Source: Candidatus Nomurabacteria bacterium
GTDB taxonomy: Bacteria; Patescibacteriota; Minisyncoccia; Phycocordibacterales; UBA5272
Direction: 5' to 3'
Assembly (NCBI GenBank): GCA_029288775.1
Contig: JARIGQ010000006.1
Coordinates: 120 to 64,119, forward strand
DNA length: 64,000 bases
Positions 37,853-49,069 of the stretch are shown one piece after another. The number at the start of each line of letters is the position of its first letter. The stretch's first letter is position 1. Made by a program: the position numbers and the translations under genes. The notes beneath the pieces were generated by a model. That model had not been told where the DNA came from. It did not search any database and saw only the letters and a list, made by a program, of their open reading frames with translations.

Positions 37853-40800
37853 ATGAGCAGGGTACGAATGCTAAACGCAACATTCGGTTCGCTCACGAGA
37901 GATTCTCGTAGATTTTTGTATTCTCTTCTCCGAAAAAAGGCACTCATAATGAGTGCTCTTTTAGTTTTTGTGCAGCTTTTGACTCCGGTTGCAACTATAT
38001 ATGCCGCTGCAACGGTTTCTAACGATATAGGATCTGCAGCTTCCTTGGATCCAGTAGGTAATAAAGCGACACGTCTTCAAGGTCAAGGATCTTCAGGTGT
38101 TGACCAATCGTCGGGGGCGCTTACGTATACCTACCCTTTGACTTTACCGGATGGTAGAAATGGAATGGCTCCAAAGCTTTCTTTGTCATACAACTCTCAA
38201 AATAATGATTCAGGATGGTTCGGGCACGCTTGGACAATAAATATTCCCTACGTTGAAAGAACAACAAAAACTGGGTCCGACAAGATGTATAGTAATCCCG
38301 TATTTGTTTCTTCTCTGCATGGTGAGCTTACTTCCAGTAATGGGATTAATTATGAGCAAAAGGTGGATGATGGTTCTTACCCCAAATATACATACTCTGG
38401 AAATACGTGGCAAATGACTGATAGGGATGGCACAACCTATTATTTTGGGAATACTTATACTAGCCGAATACAGGATGATGCTGGAACGCTTATAGGTAGA
38501 TGGTATCTAACTGAAGTTCGCGATAAGTTTGGGAATGGAATTCTTTATGGTTATACCAAGGATTCTGGCACCGTATATCCGAGTACTGTTTCCTATACTG
38601 AACACGCACTGGCACACCCTCTTAATTTGGTTAGCTTCACTTTAGAAAATAAAACAGATCAACTACCAAGCTATAAATATGGCTTCAAAACTACTGATAC
38701 GAAGAGAGTATCTGCTATTAAAGTAAGCACAAACGGCAAAGACAACTCATATTTCTACTTTACTTATACATTCGGGTCAAATGGAGTGCGTTCTCTTCTT
38801 CAATCCATCGAGAAAAAACATCTAAGTACAAATGGCGATTGGACTACCCTCCCTAAAACAACTTTTGATTACGAGAAGTCTGCCCCAAGCTTCTCAGGGA
38901 CTATTTCTAATAGTGTTAACCCTTATGGAGGCAATGTTGTTATGGATACAGACGGTAATGGGATTTTAGACCTTTATAATGCAGGTGATGGATACTTTCC
39001 TGTTGAAATTAACGGTGATTATAAGAAAGACCTTGTTCAAGCAGAAATTACATATGGAGCATACTCTTCTGGGCAAAATATAAATTTTAAGTATAACCAA
39101 GGAAGCAGCACTTTCTTATTAAGAAATCTTAAGAAACCTACATCTTCCGCATATATAAGAAGTATGGTAGCTGGAAATCCTATACCTCCTTTGCGGTACT
39201 TGCCCGAAGGAGGTTCAGGGTGGGGACAAGAGTCTGTGGTAGCTGATGTTAATGGAGATGGGTTTGATGATGTGGTGTATAACGATCCTTATGGGAATAA
39301 TGGTGTTGGTGTGAATACTACAAATAATACTTTTGACTACAGCACTCCTACTAATCTTTGGTTTAGCGTACTCAATGATCAGCTTGTTGATATTAACGGT
39401 GACGGGTTACAGGATAAAATATCTAAGTCTACATCTGGAACTACTACATATAGTATTTATTTAAATACTGGGAGTGGATATTCTACAACAACTTACTATG
39501 TTTACAGTACAGGAACCGCGTTGCCTGCTGAATATGATACGGGTGTTAGATTTGTCGATATAAATAATGATGGTTTGGTTGACTTTGTAAGATCTTATTA
39601 TTCTAATTACTCGGGTACTGGAAATCCTACCTGTACTGATTCATATTCTCCTGTACCTACCACTGCTCCAATTAACCAGTCTGTAAGCCAGTACTATATA
39701 AATACCGGGACTGGTTTTACAGCATCAACCTCACCCCTTAGTGGATACATTATCAATTACGGTAGTTGTGCTTATGGAATGACTTCAGGTTTCTTGGTAA
39801 CAAAAAGTACTAAAGAATACGATACTGACGGTGATCTGGATACCGACTATGATGGAGCTACTAATAATACAAAGAAGCAAGATGTCCTCACCAATGTAAC
39901 TAGCTCTCTCGGGTCCACCCTCAGTGTTTCATATTCATGGACTACAACTGGTGGACTTAATCCTACACTACCTGTTCCAATGTATACGGTTGCAACTACA
40001 ACCGAAAAGTTTTCACTTTCTGATCCAGCTCCTCACATTGTTTCTTATAGCTTCCAAGATGGGCAAATGTACTATGACGATTCCGCTCCTCGTGATCATA
40101 AGTTTGCCGGATTCGGTAAAGTTGAAGTGGTAGATGGAAATAAAAAAACCGTCACCTATTTCCACCAAGGTAATGGTGATAACCTCAGCACAGGAGAAAA
40201 AGGGGATTCTTATTACAATATTGGAAAATCTTACCGTACTGACACCTTCGATCTATCCTCCGGTACCTCAACTTTAGTCAGTAAAGATCTTTCACTCTAT
40301 ACCACGTACTCATATGCTTCCTCTTCGTTTACATACCTAGATAGTCAAATAAAGAATCTATATAATTCTGATGGATCTTATGTATCTTCAGCAAGCAGAA
40401 ATGTGTACGATGAAACTAAGCGTCTTATTAAGACTTCCTACAACTATGGAGATATTGAACCGTTCATTTCCTTTGCTTCTTCAACTATTACAGACAAGGG
40501 GTCGGACCTCACAGTAACTTCATATATATATTCAAATACACGTCCACAACGCTTGGTTAAGCAGACAACTACAGACTACTCAGGACAGACAATAGGAAAT
40601 ACTGCCTACTACTATGATGGACTTCCTTATGGATTAGTAGATAAGGGAGCTGTAACCACAACCTTAGATACTATTTATAATAGTGACGGTACGGTAAACG
40701 CCACAAGCTCAACGCAAGTTGAATATGATCCCACGGGAAATGTAACTAAAACAACGGATGCTCTTGGGAACATAACTAAAGTTTCCTATGACAGCTCTTA

Positions 40801-43800
40801 CTACTTTCCAACACAAAAAGTTGATGCGCTTAACGGAACAACTACGTATTCTTATGACCCTTATACACTTAACTTATTATCTACTAAAGGACCAGATGGA
40901 ATAACCTATACCAAAGAAACAGATGGATTAGGTAAGGTTACTCGATCTTATACCCTGGATTCTGGAGGGGGTGTTCACGATGAAGTAAGGATCAATTATG
41001 TGTACGGAGGTGGTCTTACTGTTTATACACGAAAAATGGGTTCAAGTGGACAGGAAGCTCGCTCTGTAGACATTTACGATAGTTATGGGAGGTTAATTCA
41101 ATCTAAAAAGGAAAGCACCGTTGATTCTTTTTCTACCCAAGACACAACTTACGATGCAAGCAGTAATGTTACCTCAGTATCATTGCCATACATCACAACA
41201 GGGTATGGATATACACCCGGTACTCCAACAAATGGAAAAACCATATATACCTACGATGGTCTTGGAAGAGTGACAACTAAGGAGGCTTTTGGAAGTAAAG
41301 CAACTTACCAGTACGGTGCTCGATCGCTAACTGTCCAAGATAATGCGTCTACTCAGCACAAGAAAACATATATCTATGATGCCAACGGCAACTTGGCTAC
41401 TGTCCAGGAATACAACAATGGTAGTACGTACACAACTTCATATTCCTATACTCCAACAAATAAACTTTCTCGTATAAGTGACGCAAATGGGAACATTAGA
41501 AATTTCAGCTACCTATCTAATGGGCTTTTAACATACCAAGAAGACTCACACCCGTCTTCAGATTCAACATTTACCACTTATTCCTACACCTATGATTCCT
41601 TAGGAAACCTTCTTTCAAAAATAGGACCGCTTGGCTCAATAATTTACTCATATGATGCTCTAAGTCGACCTACAACGAGAGTTGTGTCAGATGCGACTAA
41701 TGGAACATCCACCGTCTCTCTTTCATATACAGGCTGTGCGAACAACTATGTTTCTCCTTGTGTCATTAACCGAGGCACATCTTCAACGACTCTAACTTAC
41801 AATTCTTATGGAAAATTAGGAAGTGAAATGCTTTCTATCGATGGAAAAACCTATACCCGCTCTTACGCTTACGATACCTTTAGTAATCCGACAACTATTA
41901 CATATCCTGACAACGGTCAAGCTATCTACTCCTATACTTTAGATGGGAAACAAGCTTCACTTTCATATATAACCCCAAGTGGCAGCACGAAATCTATTGT
42001 TAGCAACACCACATTTAACTCAATAGGGGATCTTTCTTCCTACTCTTTGGGTAACGGGATACAGCTTTGTAATACATACACTACGACATCTACCGATGGA
42101 GTGATCTCTCCAAAATTAGGAAAATCGGTATACCTCTTCAACTCAGTAGGATGCTCTCTTTCGGGTTCTAACCAAGTTGAGCTCTATAAGGATGAATTTA
42201 CCTATAAGGACTACATGACTCCAAGTAATATTCTTACAACGTACAAGGATATTGCTGGAACTACCCATACAAAGAGTGATAGTTTTACCTATGATAATCT
42301 TGCTCGCTTAACTCAAACTTCTACTTCCTATGATGGGGGAGGGGCTTTAGTGGATAGTCTTGTCTATGATCCGATTGGAAACATTATTAGTGAAAATAAT
42401 GTTTTGTATCGTTATAGCAAGGACGGAATGCAAAATGCTAACGCAGTGACCTCTATTGGAGGTGTTAACGTCTCTTATGACTCTCAAGGAAACCGTATCC
42501 AGTCTGGAGATAACTCGTATGCATGGAATACTCTCAATCAGTTAGTTTTAGCTACAAGTAGTAACGGTACGGAACGTTATACTTATGATGAAAATGGAGA
42601 ACGACTTAAAAAAGTGGTCCAAGCAAGTGTCCTTATCAATCAAAAAGTTACCCCTTCTACTACTGGTCTAGCAATTAGCACCCTATCCCAAGGCGACCTT
42701 TTGGCTCAAGTTGCCACATCAAGTACCTATATTGCCACTTCTACATACAATACGCTATCTTCGCTTTCGTTACTAGATAAGACGTCTTTGTTCAACTTGG
42801 TCACCGGGTATTACGCTTCACCATTTACAAGCAAGTTCTGTGCTGCAACATCTACCGCAAATCGTCAGACGTGTATTTCTGATACGACTAAGCAACTGCT
42901 GGCAAATGACATAAACCAAAGAAGTACGAGTACCGTTGCTACCACAGGACTTATAACCGATATTATTAAAATTTCAACAGGGGAGTATCTTATTCCTTCC
43001 TCATATGTAGGAATAGCTACAAGTAGTATTGCAATCAGTAGTCAAGCGACATTTACAGTAAATAGTGGAACTATTAGTTCATATAACACCTATGTAGCTA
43101 CAGGAATTGTCGTCGCACTTGATCAATATAGTAATCTTCCTTACGTATCCACGAGTACCTACACCACTCTTGCTTCACTTGGACTGATAGATACCACTAA
43201 AGTAAAAACCGTAATGATCCTTGCAGGTTGTAACTCTGTGGCATCTGCTTGTACGACTGCCAAAAAGGTGATCTTTGAAAAATATTACAAAGAAAGTGGT
43301 TATCTCCTTTCTGATCGTGCTCTACAGGAAATGTGGTATGTATATGCTGCTAAAGCTCGATTGCCCGGTAATTCTACTGAATTAACATCTACTTCAACTT
43401 ATCTTGGTAGTATTTCTGTTCCTTCAGTAACCTCTCGAAGTAGCAGTAGTGCTACGAGTACATATTATTCTGGTTTGTACTTTACAACGGAATACACTAA
43501 CCAAAATACAGCGGAGCCGAGGTTGCAATACTTTAATACAATTCCTTATTACATTACTCCCACTGCGTTTGGTGAACTTCAGGCAGCGGGGATTACCCAA
43601 ACAACAGTTCAAAGTTACCAATCTCAAATTGATGATTTACTGTCCATCAAATACGCATCTTCTACGGAGTACATGGTTGCCCTACAGTCATTTGCCAAAA
43701 ACGATAAGGGGGTAACGCTAAGCTGGAACACTCTAAAAGAGCTCTATCTAGTCGTAATTGGCGCAGCAAGTATCCCTAATAATACCGGAGACTATACCCA

Positions 43801-46800
43801 AAACGCAGTATATGACTTATCTAACTATTTAGTGATCAATAGTTATAAGACAGTCAGTGGACAGTTCACTTTACAGTGGACTACAGCTTGTAATGGAGGT
43901 TATGTTTCTAGTCTTACCTACTCTCGTTGTGTGATAGGAACTTCACCCTTTAGCCTTTCCGTTTCATCCTCAACTTCTGTAAGTTATATTCTGTCGCTTA
44001 AAAATAGTCCAAACCCAACAGAAACAACTCTTCTTATGGGTTCTTCGACAAATACTACTATGGGTACAGATAGTTATAACTACGCAACTGATTTACCTCA
44101 TATATTTAACGGTTACTATACGCAAACATTTAGTTCAGATGGTGTTCGTATAGATGCTGATGTTACTCCAACTATACTTACACAGCAAGCTAGTAGTACT
44201 TCGCCATTAAAGATACTTATTAGTAATGATTCGCAATGGTCTTCAGATCCATACACGTGGGAAGCAACCTCAGTAACGCTTAAGGCTTATGCTAATACCT
44301 CGAGACTTACACTAGCTTCTACTACGCTAGTTTCAGGAGTGACAAATGCCACTACTACAAGTTTTACTGCAGGCATCCAGAGCACAATTGCTTCTTACTT
44401 CGGCGAAAATCATGATAGTTCTTTTGATGTAAGTACAGGAACTACATCACCACTTGTTTTCATCTCTCCGGAATCATATCGAGAATTTGCTTCCACTACC
44501 CTCAAGGATGCATATCAGATTACTAAAGTCTTTATGGCTACTTCAACAACGCAGTGTGCTTCAGCGGCCTCGACTACGGAATGTGATAAAACTCTTCGTA
44601 AGGCCGCGTTTAGAGAAATAGTTACCAACTTAAGTGGTTTTACACCAAGTCAGGCTGCTACTGAAGAATTTTGGATGGTGCATAAAGGAATCTTGGCTCT
44701 TCCCAATGTTTCATTTGCTTCTACGACTGCGACAACTACGGTCAATGGTTATTATCAGGCAACTTCAACTATAGGTTCATGGTATATCATGGTTTCTCCG
44801 GGTAATTACACGTATTATGTAGCAACGTCGAGTGCGGTATTGCCTGCAATTGTTTCTTCCACTTCTACTCCGTATCCAGTTTTTGCTAGATCTAACCTAC
44901 CGAATTCACTTTCAACAAGTACTACGTATCTTACATCTACTACAACCATTCCTGGGTTCTGGGTAGACCAGGTGGTGTATCAAGATTCTCCAACTGGTGG
45001 AGCTACGAGCACGACTGGTTCTTACACAGTGCATACGTTTAATTCCTCAGGAACATTTACTGTTCCATCCGGGGCAAGTTTTAACGCTGAAGTTCTTGCT
45101 GTGGGAGGCGGGGGAGGCGGGGGAGGATCTCAAGGTGGTGGAGGAGGTGGTGGTCAAGTAATCGCCAGTTCAACCGTTGCATTCACTGCGGGTTCATATT
45201 CTGTGACTATCGGAAGCGGTGGGGGAGGAGGGGATGCTGGTGGAACTACAGCTGGTGGAGATGGAGCCACGACAACATTTGTAGGCATTACAGCAAAAGG
45301 GGGCAAAGGGGCGCCACGTCAAACCAACTTAAATGGTGGAAATTCTGGAAGTGGTAAAACAGGCGGTACAGGAATACTTTCCGGTTACTACCCATCTGGT
45401 GGAGGCGCGGGAGATTTTGCGAATGGAGTAAATGGGTCAGGTTCTGCATCTGGGAATGGAGGAACTGGAACATCATCCTCTATTACAGGAAGTTCTTTGG
45501 GTTATGGCGGTGGAGGCGGTGGAGGGGGAGATTCGCAAGGTTCTACTCCTGGTAGTGGTGTAGATGGCGGAGGAAATGGAGCAACAGCCTTTGTAAGTTC
45601 ACCAGGTTCATCTGGTACTGCTAATAGAGGAGGCGGAGGAGGTGGGGGTAGTAATGATAATGGTTGTCACTGTGCCGGAACGGCTGGAGGTGATGGCGGT
45701 TCTGGCGTGGTAATTGTTCGTTATCTGACATCTCTGTTCCCATTCAATGCAACGACTACAACTCACGTGTATATTGCAACAACTACTATCATTGCTCCAG
45801 TAACACATCTTGATTTGGTGCCTTCAGGAGTGCTTACGGATACACAATTTACTACTACGTACGCAACATCCAGTTTTGCTTTGGCAACTACGACGAAGGG
45901 AGTAAGTCAAGATACTTACAACGAGCTTCTAAGAACCCCAGTACGCTTAAATTCTGATGTGACCACTGTATTTACTTATGCTCTTCCATTTGCAACAAGT
46001 TCATGCCCGGGTCAGACAGCTACAAGTAGTTGTGTTATTACTGCTCAAAAGACAAAAGCTAAAGACACAATAAGCGCCCTCTCGGGATTCGTCTTGTCAG
46101 ATGCTGCACTAGAAGAGCTATACCGAGTTAATTCAGGAGATTTATCAATTATTCCAATGAATCTCACGAATGCTGCAACATCTTCATCGAATCAAACTAT
46201 TATTCTGCCTCTTGATAAATCTCGAGCCTATACATCCTACAGTACATCAACCGCTTCAGGAACCACTACATCTTCAGTAGGGGGCAGCTGTTCATTCGGA
46301 ACTACTGGCGCTACAACAACGAAGTGTAAAATCGGCTTACCAGATCTGAACACTATAATCCAAAGCGCTACCTTCAAATACGATCTTTCTACTTCTACCG
46401 TCTCAACAAGTACGTTACTGCTTAACTTTACCTATCTTACTCAGGTTGCCTCCACAACAGGTGCAACATCCACTCCTCAATTTACAGCTGTGTCTTCTTC
46501 GACAACAGTTACTGGTCAAAAGTCTGGCACTTCTACGTTTAGCTTCGATCTAAGCTCGTACTACGTAGACTTTATGGCAGCAACGACGTCTACATTTATT
46601 TTGACTCCTGATGCAAATGGAACATCGACTCAAGTTTTCCAAGTACTAAACCCTATACTTACGTTTAATAGATATATTTCTAATCAAAGCATTACATACG
46701 CAACAACCACTCAATTTATTCCATTTGATAGGTCCGCTATCCCTTCTTATGCGACCACAACTGCAACAACCTCAATCGATCTGACAAACACCCCGCCTAT

Positions 46801-48766
46801 CGAGCTATCGATGATGTTTTCTCCAGAAGCTGGGACTTTTGTCCTTAATTCTACGCCTAGTACTTATCTAGTTGGAAACACAGGTATGGTTGCTTATTAC
46901 AAATTAGACAGTAATTCCAATGATGCAGCAGGTTCTACCAACGGATCTGACACCAACATTACGTACTCTTCAGGAAATGGGAAGCTAAACAACGGAGCTG
47001 GATTCAATGGAACCAATAGTACCGTTGCATTAGGAACAGGTCTCAACCTTGCAGGAGGCGGCATGACGATTGCGGGCTGGGTATACATAAATACCAATAG
47101 CCTTTATCAAGAAGCCATCCTCAACAAGCGTGATGTTGGAGGAACAATGCAGTATCAGTTCTATGTAGAAAACAGCGCGGCAAAGCTCGCTTTCTACACA
47201 GGTACTCAATATAATTCAACCTCCGCTGTAGGAAGTAACGGGTGGCATCATGTGGCAGTCACGCTTTCAAATTCCTCAAACGGAAATCTAACTTTCTATA
47301 TAGATGGAGTTCAGAGTGGAACAGCCTCGAGCGTAAACCTTGGTTCAGGAACATCAGCAAGAGTTGCTATTGGTAGTCAAGGATCTGCAGACTACGACTT
47401 CTTCCATGGAGCCATTGACGAACTAGGTGTTTGGTCCCGCACACTTTCTTCTACGGAGATTGCTAATCTTTATAATAGTGGAAGTGGCCTAGCATATCCA
47501 TTTGCAACTGTAGGGTCATCACGACAAGAGTCCTATGCAGGGTCTGAGATAGATGACAGCTATCTGTATTCTACAAGCACGCAGAACATTCTCCCCGCAG
47601 TATCTTATCCATACGCTACAAGTACAGCCACCTCTACTGTATACAGTCTTACAACGGCTACCACTACTTCGTACACCCTCTATACTCCATTCTCAAACTA
47701 CCAAGACGACAGTAGGGGAACCATCACAAGTTATCTAACCTTCAATGGCAAACTCATAGCTGCGTATACATACCAAAGTGGTCAAGAAGCTTCCACCGGA
47801 AAGCTAACGTACATATTGGTGAATTACTTGGGTACCCCTGTACTATCCACGGACGCACATGGAGACATTACGGAGATGGACGTCACCGACTCTTTCGGAA
47901 ACTACGTTCATAGAGATAGGAGAAACGACAATGCAGAGCACACCCGGGGGTTTACTAATCAAGATTTCGACGATGTTACAGGATTAAACTATTTCCATGC
48001 TCGTCTTCTTGACCCGAAGGCCCACACCTTCCTTTCGGTAGATCCAGTAATTTATAACTTAGTAAGTAATAACAACGAAGACAGATTACGCTTTGTTAGT
48101 GCATTAATTAATCCACAAGCTCAAAATAGTTACTCTTATGTTGGTAATAATCCCATAACAAATATCGATCAAGACGGCCGTTGGTGGGTAGAGGTTTCAG
48201 CATCACTTGCTGGATCTGGACGTACGGGTTCTATAGGTTTTAGATTTGATGATACAGGAATTGATTATTTCCAGTCGGGAGGATTTACAGCGGGTTCAGG
48301 AGCTTTTGCTGGGATAGTAATATCTCCGTATGGCTCACTCTCACATCAGGCTCAATCCACTACTAATGTTACTTTTCAAGCAGCAAAAGTTGTAGGAGGT
48401 CAAATTAGTGGAGATCTGGCCACGTATTCTGTCAATGCTAAAAGCATGGTTCCAAATGATAAACCTTCAGGTGGTATAATATTTGGACTAGGAGCGAGCG
48501 CTTCTGTCCAGCAAGAAGTTTCAACTCCATTGGTCAGTTTTGGGAAGAATACTCAGCCAACAAATTCAGTACCTAAGACGTCAACAAATGCTGTTCAAGG
48601 TAGAATGAGTCCGCAGAGTATTATAGGACCAACATTACCCCAGCAGTCAAATCAAACAAAAACTAACACTGCTCCCAAAGTTAACATAAACCCTACTCAG
48701 CAGAGTCAACAGGGAGGAATATTAAATACCGTCAATAATTGGTTCAACAATATATTTAAAAAATAA
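37853..48766 (+). CDS. Giant SpvB/FG-GAP/YD-repeat (Rhs) protein with large internal insertion and C-terminal variable domain
   Basis: LPDGRNGMAPKLSLSYNSQ; DVNGDG repeats; YD repeats; Gly-rich and LamG-like domains; core TGLNYFHAR...DP...NNPITNIDQDG. Confidence 0.9.
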   Translation: MSRVRMLNATFGSLTRDSRRFLYSLLRKKALIMSALLVFVQLLTPVATIYAAATVSNDIGSAASLDPVGNKATRLQGQGSSGVDQSSGALTYTYPLTLPDGRNGMAPKLSLSYNSQNNDSGWFGHAWTINIPYVERTTKTGSDKMYSNPVFVSSLHGELTSSNGINYEQKVDDGSYPKYTYSGNTWQMTDRDGTTYYFGNTYTSRIQDDAGTLIGRWYLTEVRDKFGNGILYGYTKDSGTVYPSTVSYTEHALAHPLNLVSFTLENKTDQLPSYKYGFKTTDTKRVSAIKVSTNGKDNSYFYFTYTFGSNGVRSLLQSIEKKHLSTNGDWTTLPKTTFDYEKSAPSFSGTISNSVNPYGGNVVMDTDGNGILDLYNAGDGYFPVEINGDYKKDLVQAEITYGAYSSGQNINFKYNQGSSTFLLRNLKKPTSSAYIRSMVAGNPIPPLRYLPEGGSGWGQESVVADVNGDGFDDVVYNDPYGNNGVGVNTTNNTFDYSTPTNLWFSVLNDQLVDINGDGLQDKISKSTSGTTTYSIYLNTGSGYSTTTYYVYSTGTALPAEYDTGVRFVDINNDGLVDFVRSYYSNYSGTGNPTCTDSYSPVPTTAPINQSVSQYYINTGTGFTASTSPLSGYIINYGSCAYGMTSGFLVTKSTKEYDTDGDLDTDYDGATNNTKKQDVLTNVTSSLGSTLSVSYSWTTTGGLNPTLPVPMYTVATTTEKFSLSDPAPHIVSYSFQDGQMYYDDSAPRDHKFAGFGKVEVVDGNKKTVTYFHQGNGDNLSTGEKGDSYYNIGKSYRTDTFDLSSGTSTLVSKDLSLYTTYSYASSSFTYLDSQIKNLYNSDGSYVSSASRNVYDETKRLIKTSYNYGDIEPFISFASSTITDKGSDLTVTSYIYSNTRPQRLVKQTTTDYSGQTIGNTAYYYDGLPYGLVDKGAVTTTLDTIYNSDGTVNATSSTQVEYDPTGNVTKTTDALGNITKVSYDSSYYFPTQKVDALNGTTTYSYDPYTLNLLSTKGPDGITYTKETDGLGKVTRSYTLDSGGGVHDEVRINYVYGGGLTVYTRKMGSSGQEARSVDIYDSYGRLIQSKKESTVDSFSTQDTTYDASSNVTSVSLPYITTGYGYTPGTPTNGKTIYTYDGLGRVTTKEAFGSKATYQYGARSLTVQDNASTQHKKTYIYDANGNLATVQEYNNGSTYTTSYSYTPTNKLSRISDANGNIRNFSYLSNGLLTYQEDSHPSSDSTFTTYSYTYDSLGNLLSKIGPLGSIIYSYDALSRPTTRVVSDATNGTSTVSLSYTGCANNYVSPCVINRGTSSTTLTYNSYGKLGSEMLSIDGKTYTRSYAYDTFSNPTTITYPDNGQAIYSYTLDGKQASLSYITPSGSTKSIVSNTTFNSIGDLSSYSLGNGIQLCNTYTTTSTDGVISPKLGKSVYLFNSVGCSLSGSNQVELYKDEFTYKDYMTPSNILTTYKDIAGTTHTKSDSFTYDNLARLTQTSTSYDGGGALVDSLVYDPIGNIISENNVLYRYSKDGMQNANAVTSIGGVNVSYDSQGNRIQSGDNSYAWNTLNQLVLATSSNGTERYTYDENGERLKKVVQASVLINQKVTPSTTGLAISTLSQGDLLAQVATSSTYIATSTYNTLSSLSLLDKTSLFNLVTGYYASPFTSKFCAATSTANRQTCISDTTKQLLANDINQRSTSTVATTGLITDIIKISTGEYLIPSSYVGIATSSIAISSQATFTVNSGTISSYNTYVATGIVVALDQYSNLPYVSTSTYTTLASLGLIDTTKVKTVMILAGCNSVASACTTAKKVIFEKYYKESGYLLSDRALQEMWYVYAAKARLPGNSTELTSTSTYLGSISVPSVTSRSSSSATSTYYSGLYFTTEYTNQNTAEPRLQYFNTIPYYITPTAFGELQAAGITQTTVQSYQSQIDDLLSIKYASSTEYMVALQSFAKNDKGVTLSWNTLKELYLVVIGAASIPNNTGDYTQNAVYDLSNYLVINSYKTVSGQFTLQWTTACNGGYVSSLTYSRCVIGTSPFSLSVSSSTSVSYILSLKNSPNPTETTLLMGSSTNTTMGTDSYNYATDLPHIFNGYYTQTFSSDGVRIDADVTPTILTQQASSTSPLKILISNDSQWSSDPYTWEATSVTLKAYANTSRLTLASTTLVSGVTNATTTSFTAGIQSTIASYFGENHDSSFDVSTGTTSPLVFISPESYREFASTTLKDAYQITKVFMATSTTQCASAASTTECDKTLRKAAFREIVTNLSGFTPSQAATEEFWMVHKGILALPNVSFASTTATTTVNGYYQATSTIGSWYIMVSPGNYTYYVATSSAVLPAIVSSTSTPYPVFARSNLPNSLSTSTTYLTSTTTIPGFWVDQVVYQDSPTGGATSTTGSYTVHTFNSSGTFTVPSGASFNAEVLAVGGGGGGGGSQGGGGGGGQVIASSTVAFTAGSYSVTIGSGGGGGDAGGTTAGGDGATTTFVGITAKGGKGAPRQTNLNGGNSGSGKTGGTGILSGYYPSGGGAGDFANGVNGSGSASGNGGTGTSSSITGSSLGYGGGGGGGGDSQGSTPGSGVDGGGNGATAFVSSPGSSGTANRGGGGGGGSNDNGCHCAGTAGGDGGSGVVIVRYLTSLFPFNATTTTHVYIATTTIIAPVTHLDLVPSGVLTDTQFTTTYATSSFALATTTKGVSQDTYNELLRTPVRLNSDVTTVFTYALPFATSSCPGQTATSSCVITAQKTKAKDTISALSGFVLSDAALEELYRVNSGDLSIIPMNLTNAATSSSNQTIILPLDKSRAYTSYSTSTASGTTTSSVGGSCSFGTTGATTTKCKIGLPDLNTIIQSATFKYDLSTSTVSTSTLLLNFTYLTQVASTTGATSTPQFTAVSSSTTVTGQKSGTSTFSFDLSSYYVDFMAATTSTFILTPDANGTSTQVFQVLNPILTFNRYISNQSITYATTTQFIPFDRSAIPSYATTTATTSIDLTNTPPIELSMMFSPEAGTFVLNSTPSTYLVGNTGMVAYYKLDSNSNDAAGSTNGSDTNITYSSGNGKLNNGAGFNGTNSTVALGTGLNLAGGGMTIAGWVYINTNSLYQEAILNKRDVGGTMQYQFYVENSAAKLAFYTGTQYNSTSAVGSNGWHHVAVTLSNSSNGNLTFYIDGVQSGTASSVNLGSGTSARVAIGSQGSADYDFFHGAIDELGVWSRTLSSTEIANLYNSGSGLAYPFATVGSSRQESYAGSEIDDSYLYSTSTQNILPAVSYPYATSTATSTVYSLTTATTTSYTLYTPFSNYQDDSRGTITSYLTFNGKLIAAYTYQSGQEASTGKLTYILVNYLGTPVLSTDAHGDITEMDVTDSFGNYVHRDRRNDNAEHTRGFTNQDFDDVTGLNYFHARLLDPKAHTFLSVDPVIYNLVSNNNEDRLRFVSALINPQAQNSYSYVGNNPITNIDQDGRWWVEVSASLAGSGRTGSIGFRFDDTGIDYFQSGGFTAGSGAFAGIVISPYGSLSHQAQSTTNVTFQAAKVVGGQISGDLATYSVNAKSMVPNDKPSGGIIFGLGASASVQQEVSTPLVSFGKNTQPTNSVPKTSTNAVQGRMSPQSIIGPTLPQQSNQTKTNTAPKVNINPTQQSQQGGILNTVNNWFNNIFKK

Positions 48767-48769
48767 ACT

Positions 48770-49027
48770 ATGATTAAAACAATTTTATTTCTCGGGATCG
48801 TAATTATTACTAGCTATGTTGTTTCTAGGAATATAAACGAATGGAGTGAGAGTTTTCGTGTGTTCAATTTAAAAAATATTAAAAATTCATTTGGTGATAA
48901 ATTTGGTTTTTTGAAATCAGGAGAAAAGAAGTGGTTCTTGTACTTTTGTAAGATATGGATTATTTTTGTCTCTCTATTGTTTCTAACTTTAGTTTATCTC
49001 GTTCTTTTTGGAACTATTGTTTTATAG
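48770..49027 (+). CDS. Small two-TM protein, candidate Rhs immunity protein
   Basis: Starts 3 nt after the Rhs stop; very AT-rich. Confidence 0.55.
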   Translation: MIKTILFLGIVIITSYVVSRNINEWSESFRVFNLKNIKNSFGDKFGFLKSGEKKWFLYFCKIWIIFVSLLFLTLVYLVLFGTIVL

Positions 49028-49069
49028 TCCCCTAAAAAGCCACCATTTAAAGATATAGTGAAAGATACA

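Noticed and set aside
45088-45720. GGN-rich DNA as a nucleotide repeat element
   Set aside because: Explained by the in-frame glycine-rich domain of the Rhs protein
49018-49045. Possible sixth att site upstream of M1 (…CTAAAAAGCCACCA)
   Set aside because: Position fits but similarity needs several gaps and the tail peptide is not preserved; too weak to call
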